Shown in pieces: positions 1 through 12,539 of a stretch of DNA of 42,683 nucleotides. The DNA is from Octopus sinensis. Its lineage: Eukaryota. A program made the position numbers and the translations under genes. The stretch's first letter is position 1. The number at the start of each line of letters is the position of its first letter. The stretch lies in the NCBI RefSeq assembly GCF_006345805.1, contig NW_021835183.1:1-42683 (forward strand). Reading direction: 5' to 3'. The notes under the pieces are model-generated. The model saw nothing but the letters and a program-made list of their open reading frames with translations, did not search any database and was not told the origin of the DNA.

Positions 1-669
1 TTCAATGTCACAGCATGAACATATGGTTCTATGTCCTCTGTCCTGTCTCTCTGGACGATAGGGAAACGCTGTATTCAATATCTCCTTTGATCCAATAATC
101 CACTATGGAGCCTAGTATTATCTCGCTTCAGATCTTGCTCTAGTTTCAAACGATTCCATAATCTATTTTCATTTTGTTTGATACGATAATTATTCAATTT
201 TAATTGTTATCATATTTGTATTAAATCAATCAATAACATATTTGTTTCTTTTTTATATGTGCTGTTATGTTTGTCGTTCGCTTATCAAGTGAGACGTTTT
301 GGCGTTATCATAGAATCATTGATATCTACTGTGGGGCAAACATGGCTCAGTGGACAAAGAAGGTCATCTGATAATTACACGGTTTCAGTTTTGATTCGAC
401 TGAGCAGCGACTTGAAAGTTTTGCGATCAATTGCGCAGTAAACATCGTTATGTTCTCTTCGCAACATCGCTGTTTGCGTTTCGAATCGACAGAGCTGCAC
501 CCTGGCCACATGTATCCTACCATGACATTACTTCCGAGTTTTGAGATCAAATTCGGAGCAAACTTAGCTTGCTTGCATAGTTAAGTAGTACGTTTCGGGA
601 CAAGGAGATTTCGAGTTCGATTCTATTGAGTGTCCTTTACCATTCAAAATAAAGAACTTCAATTTATCA

Positions 670-685
670 ATACTACTACTACTAC

Positions 686-728
<43 letters not shown>

Positions 729-905
729 TAGTTCTTTTATTGGCCACAAGGGCTAACAAAAATCAATTAAAACATAAAGGGACAAAACACAGGACGAAAG
801 TTACAAAGGGTTTTGTCCGTTTGAAAAAAGTCCGTGTACAAAGGCAAGATGACAACAAAATATAAGTAACAATTAAAACTCCCAATAGGGGGAGGCGCTT
901 TGAAA
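670..905 (-). mobile_element. 3' end (UTR plus (TTA)n tail) of Tx1/L1-like LINE family
   Basis: Reverse complement of the 3' UTR at 14290-14505 and 30240-30640 (ttagcccttgtggccaataaaagaa followed by a (TTA)n/(TAG)n tail). Confidence 0.75.
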
Positions 906-1984
906 GGTTACTTTTTTTTGCCAAATAAACACGCGCACTATATATTCGCTCTTCACTCTTTTATTAACTACTTTATTAACAATTTTAACTCGCGTCTATT
1001 GTCCGGAAATCTTTCATTACACACCTGTGACCTCTTCAGCGACACTTTCCGTCCTCGTGTGCGCTCCAATTCCATTTAGTCCATTCTGCAAAACAAATTC
1101 ATAAACGTATGTGTGTGTGTGTGTTTGTGCATACATGTGTATGTGTATAGGGAATGCTTTCTGTTTGTGCCTCCCTGTCAACCACCACTTGACAACCGTG
1201 GCCTAGAAGTTTGCCTAGTGATGTGTAGTGTTCTTGAGCATGGCATTTCACTTCGTCTTGCTCCAGTCCTCTCAGCTTCGGACTGGCGTCCCGTTCAAGC
1301 TAGGTGCTGTGATCTCGGTCACTTATACGCCACGAAAACCGAGCAACTGGCCCTGTGAGTCTTAGAAATCGAGACAGTGCTCAAGTAATTTCGCGGTTCG
1401 CCCAAAGCAAACAATAGAATATGTACAAGACTTTCAAAATATAGTGGGGGGGGGAACAAAACAGAACTATTGAGGTCGATTTTTCTTGACTTAAACCGTT
1501 CAAAGCATTGCTCCAGCATGGCCACAGTCTGATGCCTGAAATAAGTAAATAAAACAAGTCCCCAGCACGGAGGCAGGAGACACCATAAAATAACTGGCGC
1601 TATAGATACAGGGGACGTTAATCACAGAGTGCTTCGGTCGATGACCTACTTTGCAAGGGTGTAAATATATTCAGGGTGTGTTTCAGTGAGTACTACTGCC
1701 TCAACCATCGACCCGACGCCTCCCAACTCCACCCAACGAAAGATGTCTGTCTATTCCTTCATAATAAGTCTGTTCTTTTAGTATCTTGATATCATCTGTT
1801 TGTAATTTGTTTTGAAATCTAATATTATACGTAGAGAGGTGAAGATAAAGTTGGCTTGGAGTTACACGGTGGATGGAAATCAGCTGAACGTTTGTATGCT
1901 AATGCTTGTGGTGGTGTTTCTGGCGGTGAAGTACTTTCAGTGCAATGGTATGCGTTGTGAAAATAACCACTGTGTGTCAATGTA

Positions 1985-2112
1985 GGAGAGGCTGTGTGGT
2001 AAGTAGCTTGCTTACGAACCACATGGTTCTGGATTCAGTCCCACTGCGTGGCACCTTGGGCAAGTGTCTTCTGCTATAGCCTCGGGCCGACCAAAGCCTT
2101 GTGAGTGGATTT
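1985..2112 (+). mobile_element. SINE family A head (tRNA-like plus CORE-like block), truncated
   Basis: ggctgtgtggtaagtagcttgc...ggattcagtccc...ggcaccttgggcaagtgtctt, the same family as the complete copies at 11545 and 27305. Confidence 0.9.
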
Positions 2113-2250
2113 CAGTTTCCATCTGCCAAATCCACTCACAAGGCTTTGGTCGGCCCGAGGTTATAGTAAAAGGCACTTGCCCAAGATGCCACGCTGTGGG
2201 ACTGAACCCGGAACCATGTGGTTGGTAAGCAAGCTACTTACCACACAGCC
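2112..2250 (-). mobile_element. SINE family A head, opposite orientation, abutting the previous copy
   Basis: Reverse complement of the family A head through ggaaactg. Forms an inverted repeat with 1990-2112. Confidence 0.9.
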
Positions 2251-2458
2251 ACGACAGCTATATATATATATATATATATATTAAATCTCTGAGCGAGAGA
2301 TAAACAGTAACAGTACAGAATCGTAAAATATATTTGCCAGCTAAATGTGTGTCGTTGGCCAGGTGGAGGAGATGTCTTCCTGGGACTAAAAACAACAGTA
2401 GCACCGTCCTCTATAAGACCGCCACATTTAGTTGGCAAATATGTTTTACAAATACATA

Positions 2459-2513
<55 letters not shown>

Positions 2514-2515
<2 letters not shown>

Positions 2516-2900
2516 ATGGAAGCACTCCGTCGGTTACGACGACGAGGGTTCCGGTTGATCCGAATCAACGAAACAGCCTGCTCGTGAAATTAACGTGTAA
2601 GTGGCTGAACACTCCACAGACACGTGTACCCATAACGTAGTTCTCGGGGATATTCAGCGTGACACAGAGTGACAAGGCCGGCCCTTTGAAATACAGGTAC
2701 AACAGAAACAGGAAGTAAGAGTGAGAGAAAGTTGTGGTGAAAGAGTACAGCAGGGATCACCGCCATCCCCTGCTGGAGCCTCGTGGAGCTTTAGGTGTTT
2801 TCGCTCAATAAGCACTCACAACGCCCGGTCTGGGAATCGAAACCGCGATCCTATGACCGCGAGTCCGCTGCCCTAACCACTGGGCCATTGCGCCTCCACA
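2514..2900 (-). mobile_element. tRNA-derived SINE family D
   Basis: Near-identical reverse complement of 20991-21373. Head GGAGGCGCAATGGCCCAGTGG (A box) ...GGTTTCGATTCCC (B box). Confidence 0.9.
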
Positions 2901-2919
2901 TATATATTATATATACATA

Positions 2920-3034
<115 letters not shown>

Positions 3035-3389
3035 TCATAAGCACCCCGACACGCTGTCTGTGGAATACTCGAACATGTACTTTGTATAGCAGACTATGAC
3101 TAGATTGATCGATCCAAGGTTTGATCCATCAATACGTTGACATTCAGAACCGGTAACATTTACTCAGCCATTATCTCCACCTACGTTCACTTATCATCAT
3201 TTGTCAAGGGACCTTATAACCTGACGTCTGTATATAATATGTATGTGACATTCATTAGTTGACAGCTGTCACCTTAACATCAATTGATATTGGTTTGTTA
3301 ACGACCGTAACAGTTATCATTCGTCTCTTGATCTCTACGACTGTTCCTAATCATTAACTGATCTCGATAAATGTTGCTATTCGCTAATT

Positions 3390-4800
3390 GCTCCCACCAC
3401 TACCACTACTGCTTACTGATAAACAATCCTGAGTTAACCCTACAAGGTAAAAACAGTCTTTAGTAAATCCTTACAGCAGTTTAGCAGGTCGAAGTTAACC
3501 CTGCACATAACGGTTCTTATCTAACCCTTACAGCTATTAAAATCTCCTTAGCTAGCCCTCTAGCTATTAGTGAGTCCTAAGCTGTTAAAAGGGCTAGATT
3601 AACCCTGTAACTAGTATAAGAGTCCTTAGTGAGCTATTCAGCTTTAAACAGCCGTTAGTTAACCTAACAAGTGTTAACCAGTCCTTAGTTAACTCTACAG
3701 CTGGTAAACAAGCCTTAATTAACCTTTCAGCTGCTAACCAGTTCTTAGTAAACCCTAGAACTGTTAAACAGTTCTTAGTTAACATTACAACTGATAAACA
3801 ATTCCTTGGTTATCTCTACAACAGATAACAGTTACTGGTTAATCCTACAGTTGTTAAACAGTTCTTGGATAACCCTACAACTGTTAAAAAATCTTTAATT
3901 AACTTTACATCTGATAAAAAGTCCTTAGTTAACCCTACAGCTGGCAAAGAGTACTTAAATCCCGAAATAGTATACCGTTCTTTATTAACCCTACATCTTA
4001 ACAGTTCTCAGTTAACCCTACACCTGTTAAGCACTTAGTTAATTCTGCAACAGGTGAACAGGATTTACTCTTTTACTTGTTTCAGTCATTTGACTGTGGC
4101 CATGCTGGAACAACGCCTTTAGTCGAGCAAATCGACCCCAGGACTTTGTAAGCCTAGTACTTATTCTATAGGTCTCTTTTGCCGAACCGCTAAGTTACGG
4201 GGACGTAAACACATCCAGCATCGGTTGTCAAGCGATGTTGGGGGGACAAACACAGACACACAAACATATCCACACACATACATATATACGACGGGCTTCT
4301 TTCAGTTTCCGTCTACCAAATCCACTCACAAGGCTTTGGTCGACCCGAGGTTATAGTAAAAGACACTTGCCCAAGGTGCCACGCAGTGGGACTGAACCCG
4401 GAACCATGCGGTTCGCAAGCAAGCTACTTAGTTAACCTTACAGCTGGTAAACAGTCTCCATTTAATCGTACAACAGATAACAATTGATTGTTAGTCTAAG
4501 ACAGTTGTTAATTAATCTTAAACAATTCTTGGATAATCCTGCGGTTGTTAAATAGTCCTTAGTCCACTCTACAACTGATTAAACGCTTTAGTTAAACCTA
4601 CAGCTGTTAAACAGTCATTTGTTACCCCTCAGCTAGTAAACATTTCTTAGTTAACCCTGCAGCTGTTAGGCTATCCTTACTTAATTCTACAACTAGTAAC
4701 TGACCATATTTAGCCTACCAACAGATAACAGACCTTATCCCATACTGAGTAACACTCCTCTGTTAACCCTATAACGAGTAACTCTCCGGTTTGACCTCTT
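3390..4800. repeat. Degenerate ~30-bp minisatellite (consensus ~gttaaccctacagctgttaaacagtcctta), interrupted by a SINE
   Basis: Successive 29-30-nt units are readable, e.g. gttaatcctacagttgttaaacagttcttg / gataaccctacaactgttaaaaaatcttta / gttaaccctacagctggcaaagagtactta. Confidence 0.85.
4065..4430 (-). mobile_element. SINE family A, nearly full length
   Basis: Reverse complement of family A from the (aagagta) tail to the head, lacking about the first 20 nt. Confidence 0.9.
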
Positions 4801-5081
4801 CGTCTAACAAAAGCCGTCATTAAACTCATATATAGCTGGAGGTATTTCTTAATTGAGGACCTGTGAGTTATTGGCATGAACCAGTTGACTGTTGGTTTTG
4901 AAACTCAACCCTACGGCTGACCACATTCCATATTTGGTTTTCGCCAAGCAAACCAAACAGAAACTCTTTTATCAAACAGTCGTCATCATGTCGATTCAGT
5001 CTTAGACTTCACATTCTACACCAACATCTATCTATCTATCTATCTTCTATCTATCTATCTATCTATCATATCTATCTATAA

Positions 5082-5139
<58 letters not shown>

Positions 5140-5141
<2 letters not shown>

Positions 5142-5235
5142 TCCCTTCCTTCCTGAGCGTCCAATAATACTATTTGTTCCACGTCTTTGCGTTGTTGTGT
5201 TTTCTCTTTGTGTTTTCATGTTTGGATTGTTTTTA
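5140..5235 (+). mobile_element. Penelope-type repeat family G, 3' fragment without ribozyme core
   Basis: ttcctgagcgtccaataatactatttgttccacgtc...tttggatt, shared with 12850-13050 and 31535-31745. Confidence 0.6.
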
Positions 5236-5567
5236 TATACATATATATAGATATATAATAGATTATATATGTATATGTGTGTGTGTGTGTGTATTCATAT
5301 TTGTCCACAGATCGAAACATACAGCAGTTTGTCACGAATCATTAAAATAATTAATATTAATATGTGTGTGTGCGTGCATGTGTGTGTGTGCGCGCGCTTA
5401 TTTTATGTGCACGCACACACACACACATATTTACATAACTATTTGTTTGCATCTTTCATTCTCTTCATCTTTCTATTTCCCCTCCCCTTCTCTTTTTACT
5501 CTCTCCTGCTTTCTCTTCCTCTCCCTTTATCTCCTTTTCTCTTTCTTTCTTTCTCTCTCTCTCTATT

Positions 5568-5602
<35 letters not shown>

Positions 5603-6089
5603 ATTTCTCTCCCACTTTGTCATTCAACTCACACACACACACACACGTACACAAATAGATCGAAAGAGATTAAGAGAGACAGAGACAGAGATAGATAGAT
5701 AAATAGAGTGAGAGAAAGAAAGACAGAGAGAGAGAGAAAGAGAGAGAGAATGTGAATGGATGGATAGAAGGCAGTATATAGTAATTGTAGACGCGATGGT
5801 CGTGGTGGTGGTCGTGGTGGGAGGGCTGGATCTTATCGATTAGCTTCGAAGAGTTCAAGGACAAAAGAGACAAACGATTTTCAAAGACAATTCTATCGAG
5901 ACACAGAAGCGAACTCCGCACCATCAGCTCCGTCTCCACCACCTTATCAATTGATTACACACACACACACACACGTATACACACTCACATAAATGCACTC
6001 GTACACACATACATATACATAAACTATACACACATCGATGCATATCCACACACACCAGGGCTGTAGGAAATAGGAATTCTGATAGCAGA

Positions 6090-6866
6090 AATGGTGGTGG
6101 TGGTGGTGGTGGTGGTGTTGGTGGTACATTAATAGTGGTAGCATGCATGGTAGTAGTATTGTTTGTAGTAGTGGTGGTGGTGGTCACGATGGTGCTGTTG
6201 TTGTTGTTGGTGGTGGTGGTGGTCACGATGCTATTGTTGTTGTAGGTGGTGGTGGTGGTCGCGATGGTGTTGTTGTTGTTGGTGGTGGTGGTAGTGATAG
6301 TGGTAGATGTTGGGATTGTGGTGGTGGTGGTGGTGGTGTTGGTGGTACATTAATAGTGGTAGTATGCAAGGTAGTAGTATTGTTTGTAGTAGTGGTAGTG
6401 GTGGTCACGATGGTGTTGGTGTTGTTGTTGGTAGTGGTGGTGGTGGTGGATGTAGTTGTGGTGGTGGTTACGATGGTATTGTTGGTGTAGGTGGTGGTAG
6501 TGATAGTGGTAGAGGTTGGGGTGGTGGTGTGGTGCTGGTGGTTGTGGTCGTCGTCATCATCGTGGTGGTGGTGGTGGTGCTGGTGCTGGTGGTAGTGGTG
6601 GAGGTAACGAATAATGGTTATGTTGATGTGCTAGTTGCATTGTATGGGCAATAGTTGTGGCGGTGATGAGATGGGAGAAGAATGTTTAGAAGTAGAGGCA
6701 AGTAGGAGTGGTGGTTGTTGTGCCGGTGGTTGCGGATATAGTGGTGGTTGGGATGTGGAAAGAAGTAGTGATGTTGGGAGTGGTGGTAAGAGAGATGGTA
6801 GTGGTGGTGGTAGTGGTTGAGCTGCTGCTACTGCTATTGTTGTTGGCGCTGGTGCTGGTAGTGCCG

Positions 6867-6899
<33 letters not shown>

Positions 6900-6989
6900 A
6901 CAGCAGCAGCAGTAATAGTAGTAGTAGCAGTGGTGGAGGTGGTGGTAGTAGTAGTAGTAGTGGAGGTGGTGGTGGTAGTAGTAGTGGTG

Positions 6990-7060
<71 letters not shown>

Positions 7061-7079
7061 GGTGGTGGTAGTAGTAGTG

Positions 7080-7141
<62 letters not shown>

Positions 7142-7184
7142 GGTGGTAGTAGTAGTGGTGGTGGTAGTAGTAGTGGTGGTGGTG

Positions 7185-7255
<71 letters not shown>

Positions 7256-7262
7256 GGTTGTA
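6090..7262. repeat. (GGT)n/(AGT)n/(GTT)n cryptic trinucleotide repeat region
   Basis: Visible trinucleotide runs that generate the poly-T/V/P/L ORFs in the track. Confidence 0.95.
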
Positions 7263-7844
7263 GTTTGGCCCCAGATCGAGTCGAATGGATCAGTCCCATG
7301 ATAAAAAAAAAAGAAAACGAAAGAGGAAAGAAAAAAGAAAAGCTTCCGGCGAAGCCAATCCTGTTCTTTCAGCCATAATGCATCTCTTTCACACAACATT
7401 CTCAAATGTCCTGCCTTCTTTTAGTGCAGTGCGGTATATAATTCGAGGGAGATTTGGTTCCTATCTCTATTTCTAGCACGTTGTGTGTCGCTACGCGTCG
7501 TTAATGGCTCGGGTAGAACTCGGGAGGATGTATAAATGACAGAAGAGCGTTGATGGTTGTAGTAGGGGGTTTGTGTGGATTACGGAATAACGTTGTTGGT
7601 TTTGGTCATACACAGAAAAAAAAAGCATAGGTCATAAAAGCACGTTGGTGATTTGGTAATACAAGGGAGTGTGTGTAGATGAGAGAACAGCGTCAATGGT
7701 TTTTGTGGGGAGTGCGTATATATTATAGAATACCGTTGGTGGTTGTGATAATACTGGATGGAGAGTGTGAATAGATTTTAGAGTTGTATCAAAGATTATG
7801 ATAATATCGACTTCCAATTTTTGCACAAGGCCTTCAATTTCGGG

Positions 7845-8028
7845 AGAAGGGGTTAAATCGATTGCATCGACCTCATTGTTCAACTGGTACTTATTTTATC
7901 GAGCTTCGAAACAATGAAAGGCAAAGTTGACCTCGACGGAATTTGAACTCAGAACCTTAAGACAAACGGACAAAACACCACTAAGCATCTTGTCCGGTGT
8001 TCTAACAATTCTACCAGCTCGCCGCCTT
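7845..8028 (-). mobile_element. SINE family F (tRNA-like head plus Deu/Nin-like central domain), diverged
   Basis: Reverse complement of aaggcggcgagctgg...gttctgagttcaaattcc...tttgcctttcat...gataaaataagtaccag. Confidence 0.8.
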
Positions 8029-8224
8029 AAAGGTTATGGCAATATTAGGGGTTATGTGTGTATTACAGAAAAGAGTCGCTTTTGTACAAAGTTAAGCAGA
8101 GGTCACAATAGAGAGACCTAAAGCTAAGTGATATTATAAGTTCTTAACATCAACGCTGTTGAGCTCTCTATCTATCTATCTATCTATCAATCTATCTATC
8201 TATCTATAGGGAGAGTTTACGAAA

Positions 8225-8350
8225 AAAAGCAAAATACGAAGACAGGTGGTGTACAAAAACAGATGTATTAGTATAACGCTCAGGAATAGAAAAAGTCTTT
8301 TACGTTTCAAGCCTACGCTCTTCTACAGAAAGGGACACAGAAAAGACAAG
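8225..8350 (-). mobile_element. Penelope-type repeat family H with hammerhead-like core (8297-8332)
   Basis: Reverse complement reads ctttCTGTAGA-agagcgtaggctt-GAAAC-GTA-aaag, followed by the H-family flank (gagcgttatactaatacatctg...cacctgtcttcgt). Confidence 0.6.
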
Positions 8351-8355
8351 GAGAG

Positions 8356-8429
<74 letters not shown>

Positions 8430-8709
8430 CTATCTATCTGTCTATCTCTCTATCTGTCTCTCTATCTGTCTATCTATCTGTCTATCTATCTATCTCTCTA
8501 TCTGTCTATCTATTTGTCTGTCTGTCAATCTATCAATCTATCTTATATTTGGCGCGCAAATATATTGATCTTTATTTGAGAAATATCAATTATCATAGCT
8601 CCTTGGTCTGTGCGAAAGGACCAGTTTTGAGCATACGTGTGTAAAAAAAATTTAAGGAGAACGGCTCTTGCCCTGTTCAGGCACCCATGGCTTTTGTGAG
8701 CTTTTCCAC

Positions 8710-8855
8710 GAGTAACCTTTAAAGCGCCTCCCCTATTGAGAATTTTATGCTATTTAATTTTTATTGTTTACACGCAGAAAACCCTTTGTATCGTTTTGTC
8801 TTGTCCTTTATGTTTATTTATTTTAGCCCTTGTGGCCAATAAAAGAATAAACTAT
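8710..8855 (+). mobile_element. 3' UTR fragment of Tx1/L1-like LINE family
   Basis: Ends ttagcccttgtggccaataaaagaa like the other copies. Confidence 0.7.
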
Positions 8856-9091
8856 AACTCCTTTTCTCTGTTTTGTTAAAGATCGTGGAAGAGTGGTTCG
8901 CTTATTGCACTCAAGATCGCTAGATAGAGGTTTCAATTCCTGGACAGAGCGATGCGTTTGGTTCTTGAGCAAAACATTTCATTTCATTTTGACCCACTCC
9001 TCTCCGCTGCAAATGAGTGACTCTGCGACTAACTAGCATTCCGTGCAAAGTGAATGTTGTGATGCTGGTCTTATCTACACCATACAAACGG

Positions 9092-9196
9092 AGCATGGTT
9101 CCGGGTTCAGTCCCACTGCGTGGCACCTCGGGTCGACCACAGCCTTGTGAGTGGAATTGGTTGACAGAAACTGAAAGAAAACCGTCGTTTATATGC

Positions 9197-9228
<32 letters not shown>

Positions 9229-9433
9229 CTGTTTGTCTCCCCAACATCGCTTGACAACCGATGCTGGTGTGTTTACGTCCCCGTAACTTAGCGGTTCGGC
9301 AAAAAGAGACCCGATAGAATAAGTACTAGGCTTACAAAGAATAAAGTTCTGCGGCCGATTTGCTCGACTAAAGGCGGTGCTCCAGCATGGCCACAGTCAA
9401 CTGACTGAAACAAGTAAAAAAGTAAAAGAGTAA
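9092..9433 (+). mobile_element. SINE family A, 5'-truncated
   Basis: atggttccgggttcagtcccactgcgtggcacc ... ctgaaacaagtaaaaaagtaaaagagta. Confidence 0.9.
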
Positions 9434-9631
9434 TATATATATATATATATATATAATATATATATATATACAAACACATATATGCATATATATATATATA
9501 TGTATACACACATACAAATATATATAAACACATACATACACACACATACATGTAATGTCTAGTGATTCACATCATTGCTATTCTGAGGTTCCCGCCTTAG
9601 TACTCTGAATTTTCCTACACATCCTCTTCTC

Positions 9632-9680
<49 letters not shown>

Positions 9681-9920
9681 TTCTGACCCTCTATCTCTCC
9701 CTCCTTCTCTCGCATACACCCCACACACACACACAGATAAGCAAGCACCAACTCACACAAAAGCAACAGCCGCATTCATACACATATACAAAACAACTTA
9801 CACAGAACTTCCATTCGCTCACACACACACACACACACAAACACACAAACACACTCACACACACAACACACACACACACACACACAAAAACACATATATA
9901 TACATATATTATATGTAGAA

Positions 9921-9993
9921 AAATACAAACTGGGACAAGAACGTAAAACATTTAGAAGACGATACAAGAAACACGGACGGGACATTCGAAGCC
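9921..9993. repeat. Unclassified short interspersed repeat (second copy at about 11912-11986)
   Basis: aaatacaaa-tgggacaagaacg...agaagacgatacaa-aaacacggacggg-cattcgaagcct occurs twice. Confidence 0.6.
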
Positions 9994-10049
9994 TATATAT
10001 ATATATATATATATATATAAATATATACATACTATCATACACCGGCTTA

Positions 10050-10925
10050 CATAATACATACATGCATACATACATACATACATACATACATGCATGCATA
10101 CATACATACATACATACATGCATGCATACATACATACATACATACATGCATACATACATACATACATGCATGCATACATACATACATACATGCATGCATA
10201 CATACATACATACATGCATGCATACATACATACATGCATACATACATACATACATGCATGCATGCATACATACATACATACATGCATGCATGCATACATA
10301 CATACATACATGCATGCATACATACATACATGCATGCATACATACATACATGCATGCATGCATCATACATACATACATACATACATGCATGCATACATAC
10401 ATACATACATGCATGTATACATACATACATGCATGCATACATACATACATGCATGCATACATACATACATGCATGCATACATACATACATACATGCATGC
10501 ATACATACATACATACATACATACATGCATGCATACATACATACATACATACATACATACATACATACATACATACATACATACATACATACATACATGC
10601 ATACATACATGCATACATACATACATGCATACATGCATACATACATACATACATACATACATGCATGCATACATGCATGCATACATACATGCATGCATGC
10701 ATACATGCATGCATACATGCATGCATGCATACATACATACATACATACATGCATACATACATACATGCATACATACATACATACATGCATACATACATAC
10801 ATACATGCATGCATACATACTTACATACATACATACATACATACATACTTACATACATACATGCATACATACATACATACATACATGCATACATACATAC
10901 ATACATACATGCATGCATACATACA

Positions 10926-10955
<30 letters not shown>
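10050..10955. repeat. ~900-bp compound (TACA)n/(TGCA)n tetranucleotide array
   Basis: Directly visible; source of the MYVC/HTYI ORFs. Confidence 0.98.
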
Positions 10956-10958
<3 letters not shown>

Positions 10959-11311
10959 TCTTAGATATACATACCCACACATACAAACGCAGACATTCTA
11001 CAGCTGCACAAGTGTTCTAACACATACTTCAAGCGTGCACTTATCTGCTAAAGCTGATTGCACTGGGTTTGTGCAGGTGGTGGTGCAGTACTCCAAGAGG
11101 AAGGGAGGGAGGGAGGAGAGGAGGCACTTGAGTACACGTGGCGGCGGAGGCGGCGGTGGTGGTGGTGGTGGTGGTAACGCGAAGGAGAGGCGGCGCGGTG
11201 CGGAGCGTCTTGTCGAAGTTTCGATGAGCGTTAGAACTGAAGCGTGCACTGCGCAGCTTGGAAATCAATAGCGGTGTTGCGCTGTATCGTATGCTTCTGT
11301 GTGTGTGTGTG

Positions 11312-11344
<33 letters not shown>

Positions 11345-11544
11345 GGTGCGTGCGTGTGTGTGGTGAAATGCCAGTATGTGGTTGTGCATGAAAATAGTTA
11401 ATTACACATGGATATAATGTGGTGTATATGTACATATATATAAGTATATATGTGTATATTATATATATATATATATATATAATATATATATAATATATAA
11501 TATATATATATATATGTATATATATATATGTGTATGTATATATA

Positions 11545-11892
11545 TGGCGCAGGAGTGGCTGTGTGGTAAGTGGCTTGTTTACCAACCACATGGTTCCGGG
11601 TTCAGTCCCGCTGCGTGGCACCTTGGGCAAGTGTCTTCTACTATAGCCTCGGGCCGACCAAGGCCTTGTGAGTGGATTTGGTAGACGGAAACTGAAAGAA
11701 GCCCGTCATATATATGTATGTGTGTTTGTGTGTCTGTGTTTGTCTCCCTAGCATTGCTTGACAAAAGAGACCGATAGAATAAGTACTGGGCTTACAAAGA
11801 ATAAGTCCTGGGCGTCGAGTTGCTCGATTAAAGGCGGTGCTCCAGCATGGCCGCATGCAAATGACTGAAACAAGTAAAAGAGTAAAGGAGTA
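11545..11892 (+). mobile_element. SINE family A, full head to tail with an internal deletion
   Basis: ggcgcaggagtggctgtgtggtaag...gggttcagtccc...ggcaccttgggcaagtgtctt...gaaacaagtaaaagagtaaaggagta. Confidence 0.9.
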
Positions 11893-12129
11893 TATATATA
11901 TATATATATATAAAATACAAAATGGGACAAGAACGCAAGGCATCCAGAAGACGATACAAAAAACACGGACGGGTCATTCGAAGCCTTTAATTCTCGCAAT
12001 TTCGGCTAATTAATCTTGAGATTGCTCCAAGGAAAAACTAAGCTAAGAGCATTAGATTCCTTGGAAAAAAGCTTCGAATGTATACAAAAACAAGGACGGG
12101 AAAACGGACGATGTTACACGAATATAAAT

Positions 12130-12166
<37 letters not shown>

Positions 12167-12264
12167 GAGAGGGGCAGACAAACAGACAGACAGGTAGATA
12201 GACAAACAGACAGATAGAGAGATAGAGACAGATAGATAGATAGATAGATAGATAGACAGGTATT

Positions 12265-12490
12265 ATGTGTTTGTGTGTGTGTATGTTTGTCCCCCCAACA
12301 TCACTTGACAACCGATGCTGGTGTGTTTACGTCCCCGTGACTTAGCGGTTCGGCAAAAGGCACCGATAGAATAAGTACTAGGCTTACAAAGACTATAAGT
12401 CCTGGTGTCGATTTGCTCCACTAAAGGCGGTGCTCCAGCATGGCCGTAGTCAAAATGACTGAAACAAGTAAAAGAGTAAAAAGAGTAATA
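12265..12490 (+). mobile_element. SINE family A, 3' half
   Basis: tttgtccccccaacatcacttgacaaccgatgctgg...aagtaaaagagtaaaaagagta. Confidence 0.85.
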
Positions 12491-12501
12491 ACATATATAT
12501 G

Positions 12502-12539
<38 letters not shown>

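Noticed and set aside
375-584. Stop-free frame (…MFSSQHRCLRFESTELHPGHMYP…)
   Set aside because: Short, with no recognisable homology and no convincing donor.
6631-7405. Long ORFs of 197-239 aa (poly-T, poly-V, poly-L/P)
   Set aside because: Translations of (GGT)n/(AGT)n microsatellite; open in several frames and on both strands.
7285-7476. ORF MDQSHDKKKRKRKRKEKRK… as the OATP N-terminus or an NLS protein
   Set aside because: The basic stretch derives from an A-rich run, it ends in a stop without a donor, and it has no TM1-like segment.
9776-11271. ORFs up to 393 aa (MYVC/HTYI repeats)
   Set aside because: Products of the (TACA/TGCA)n array, which lacks stop codons by composition.
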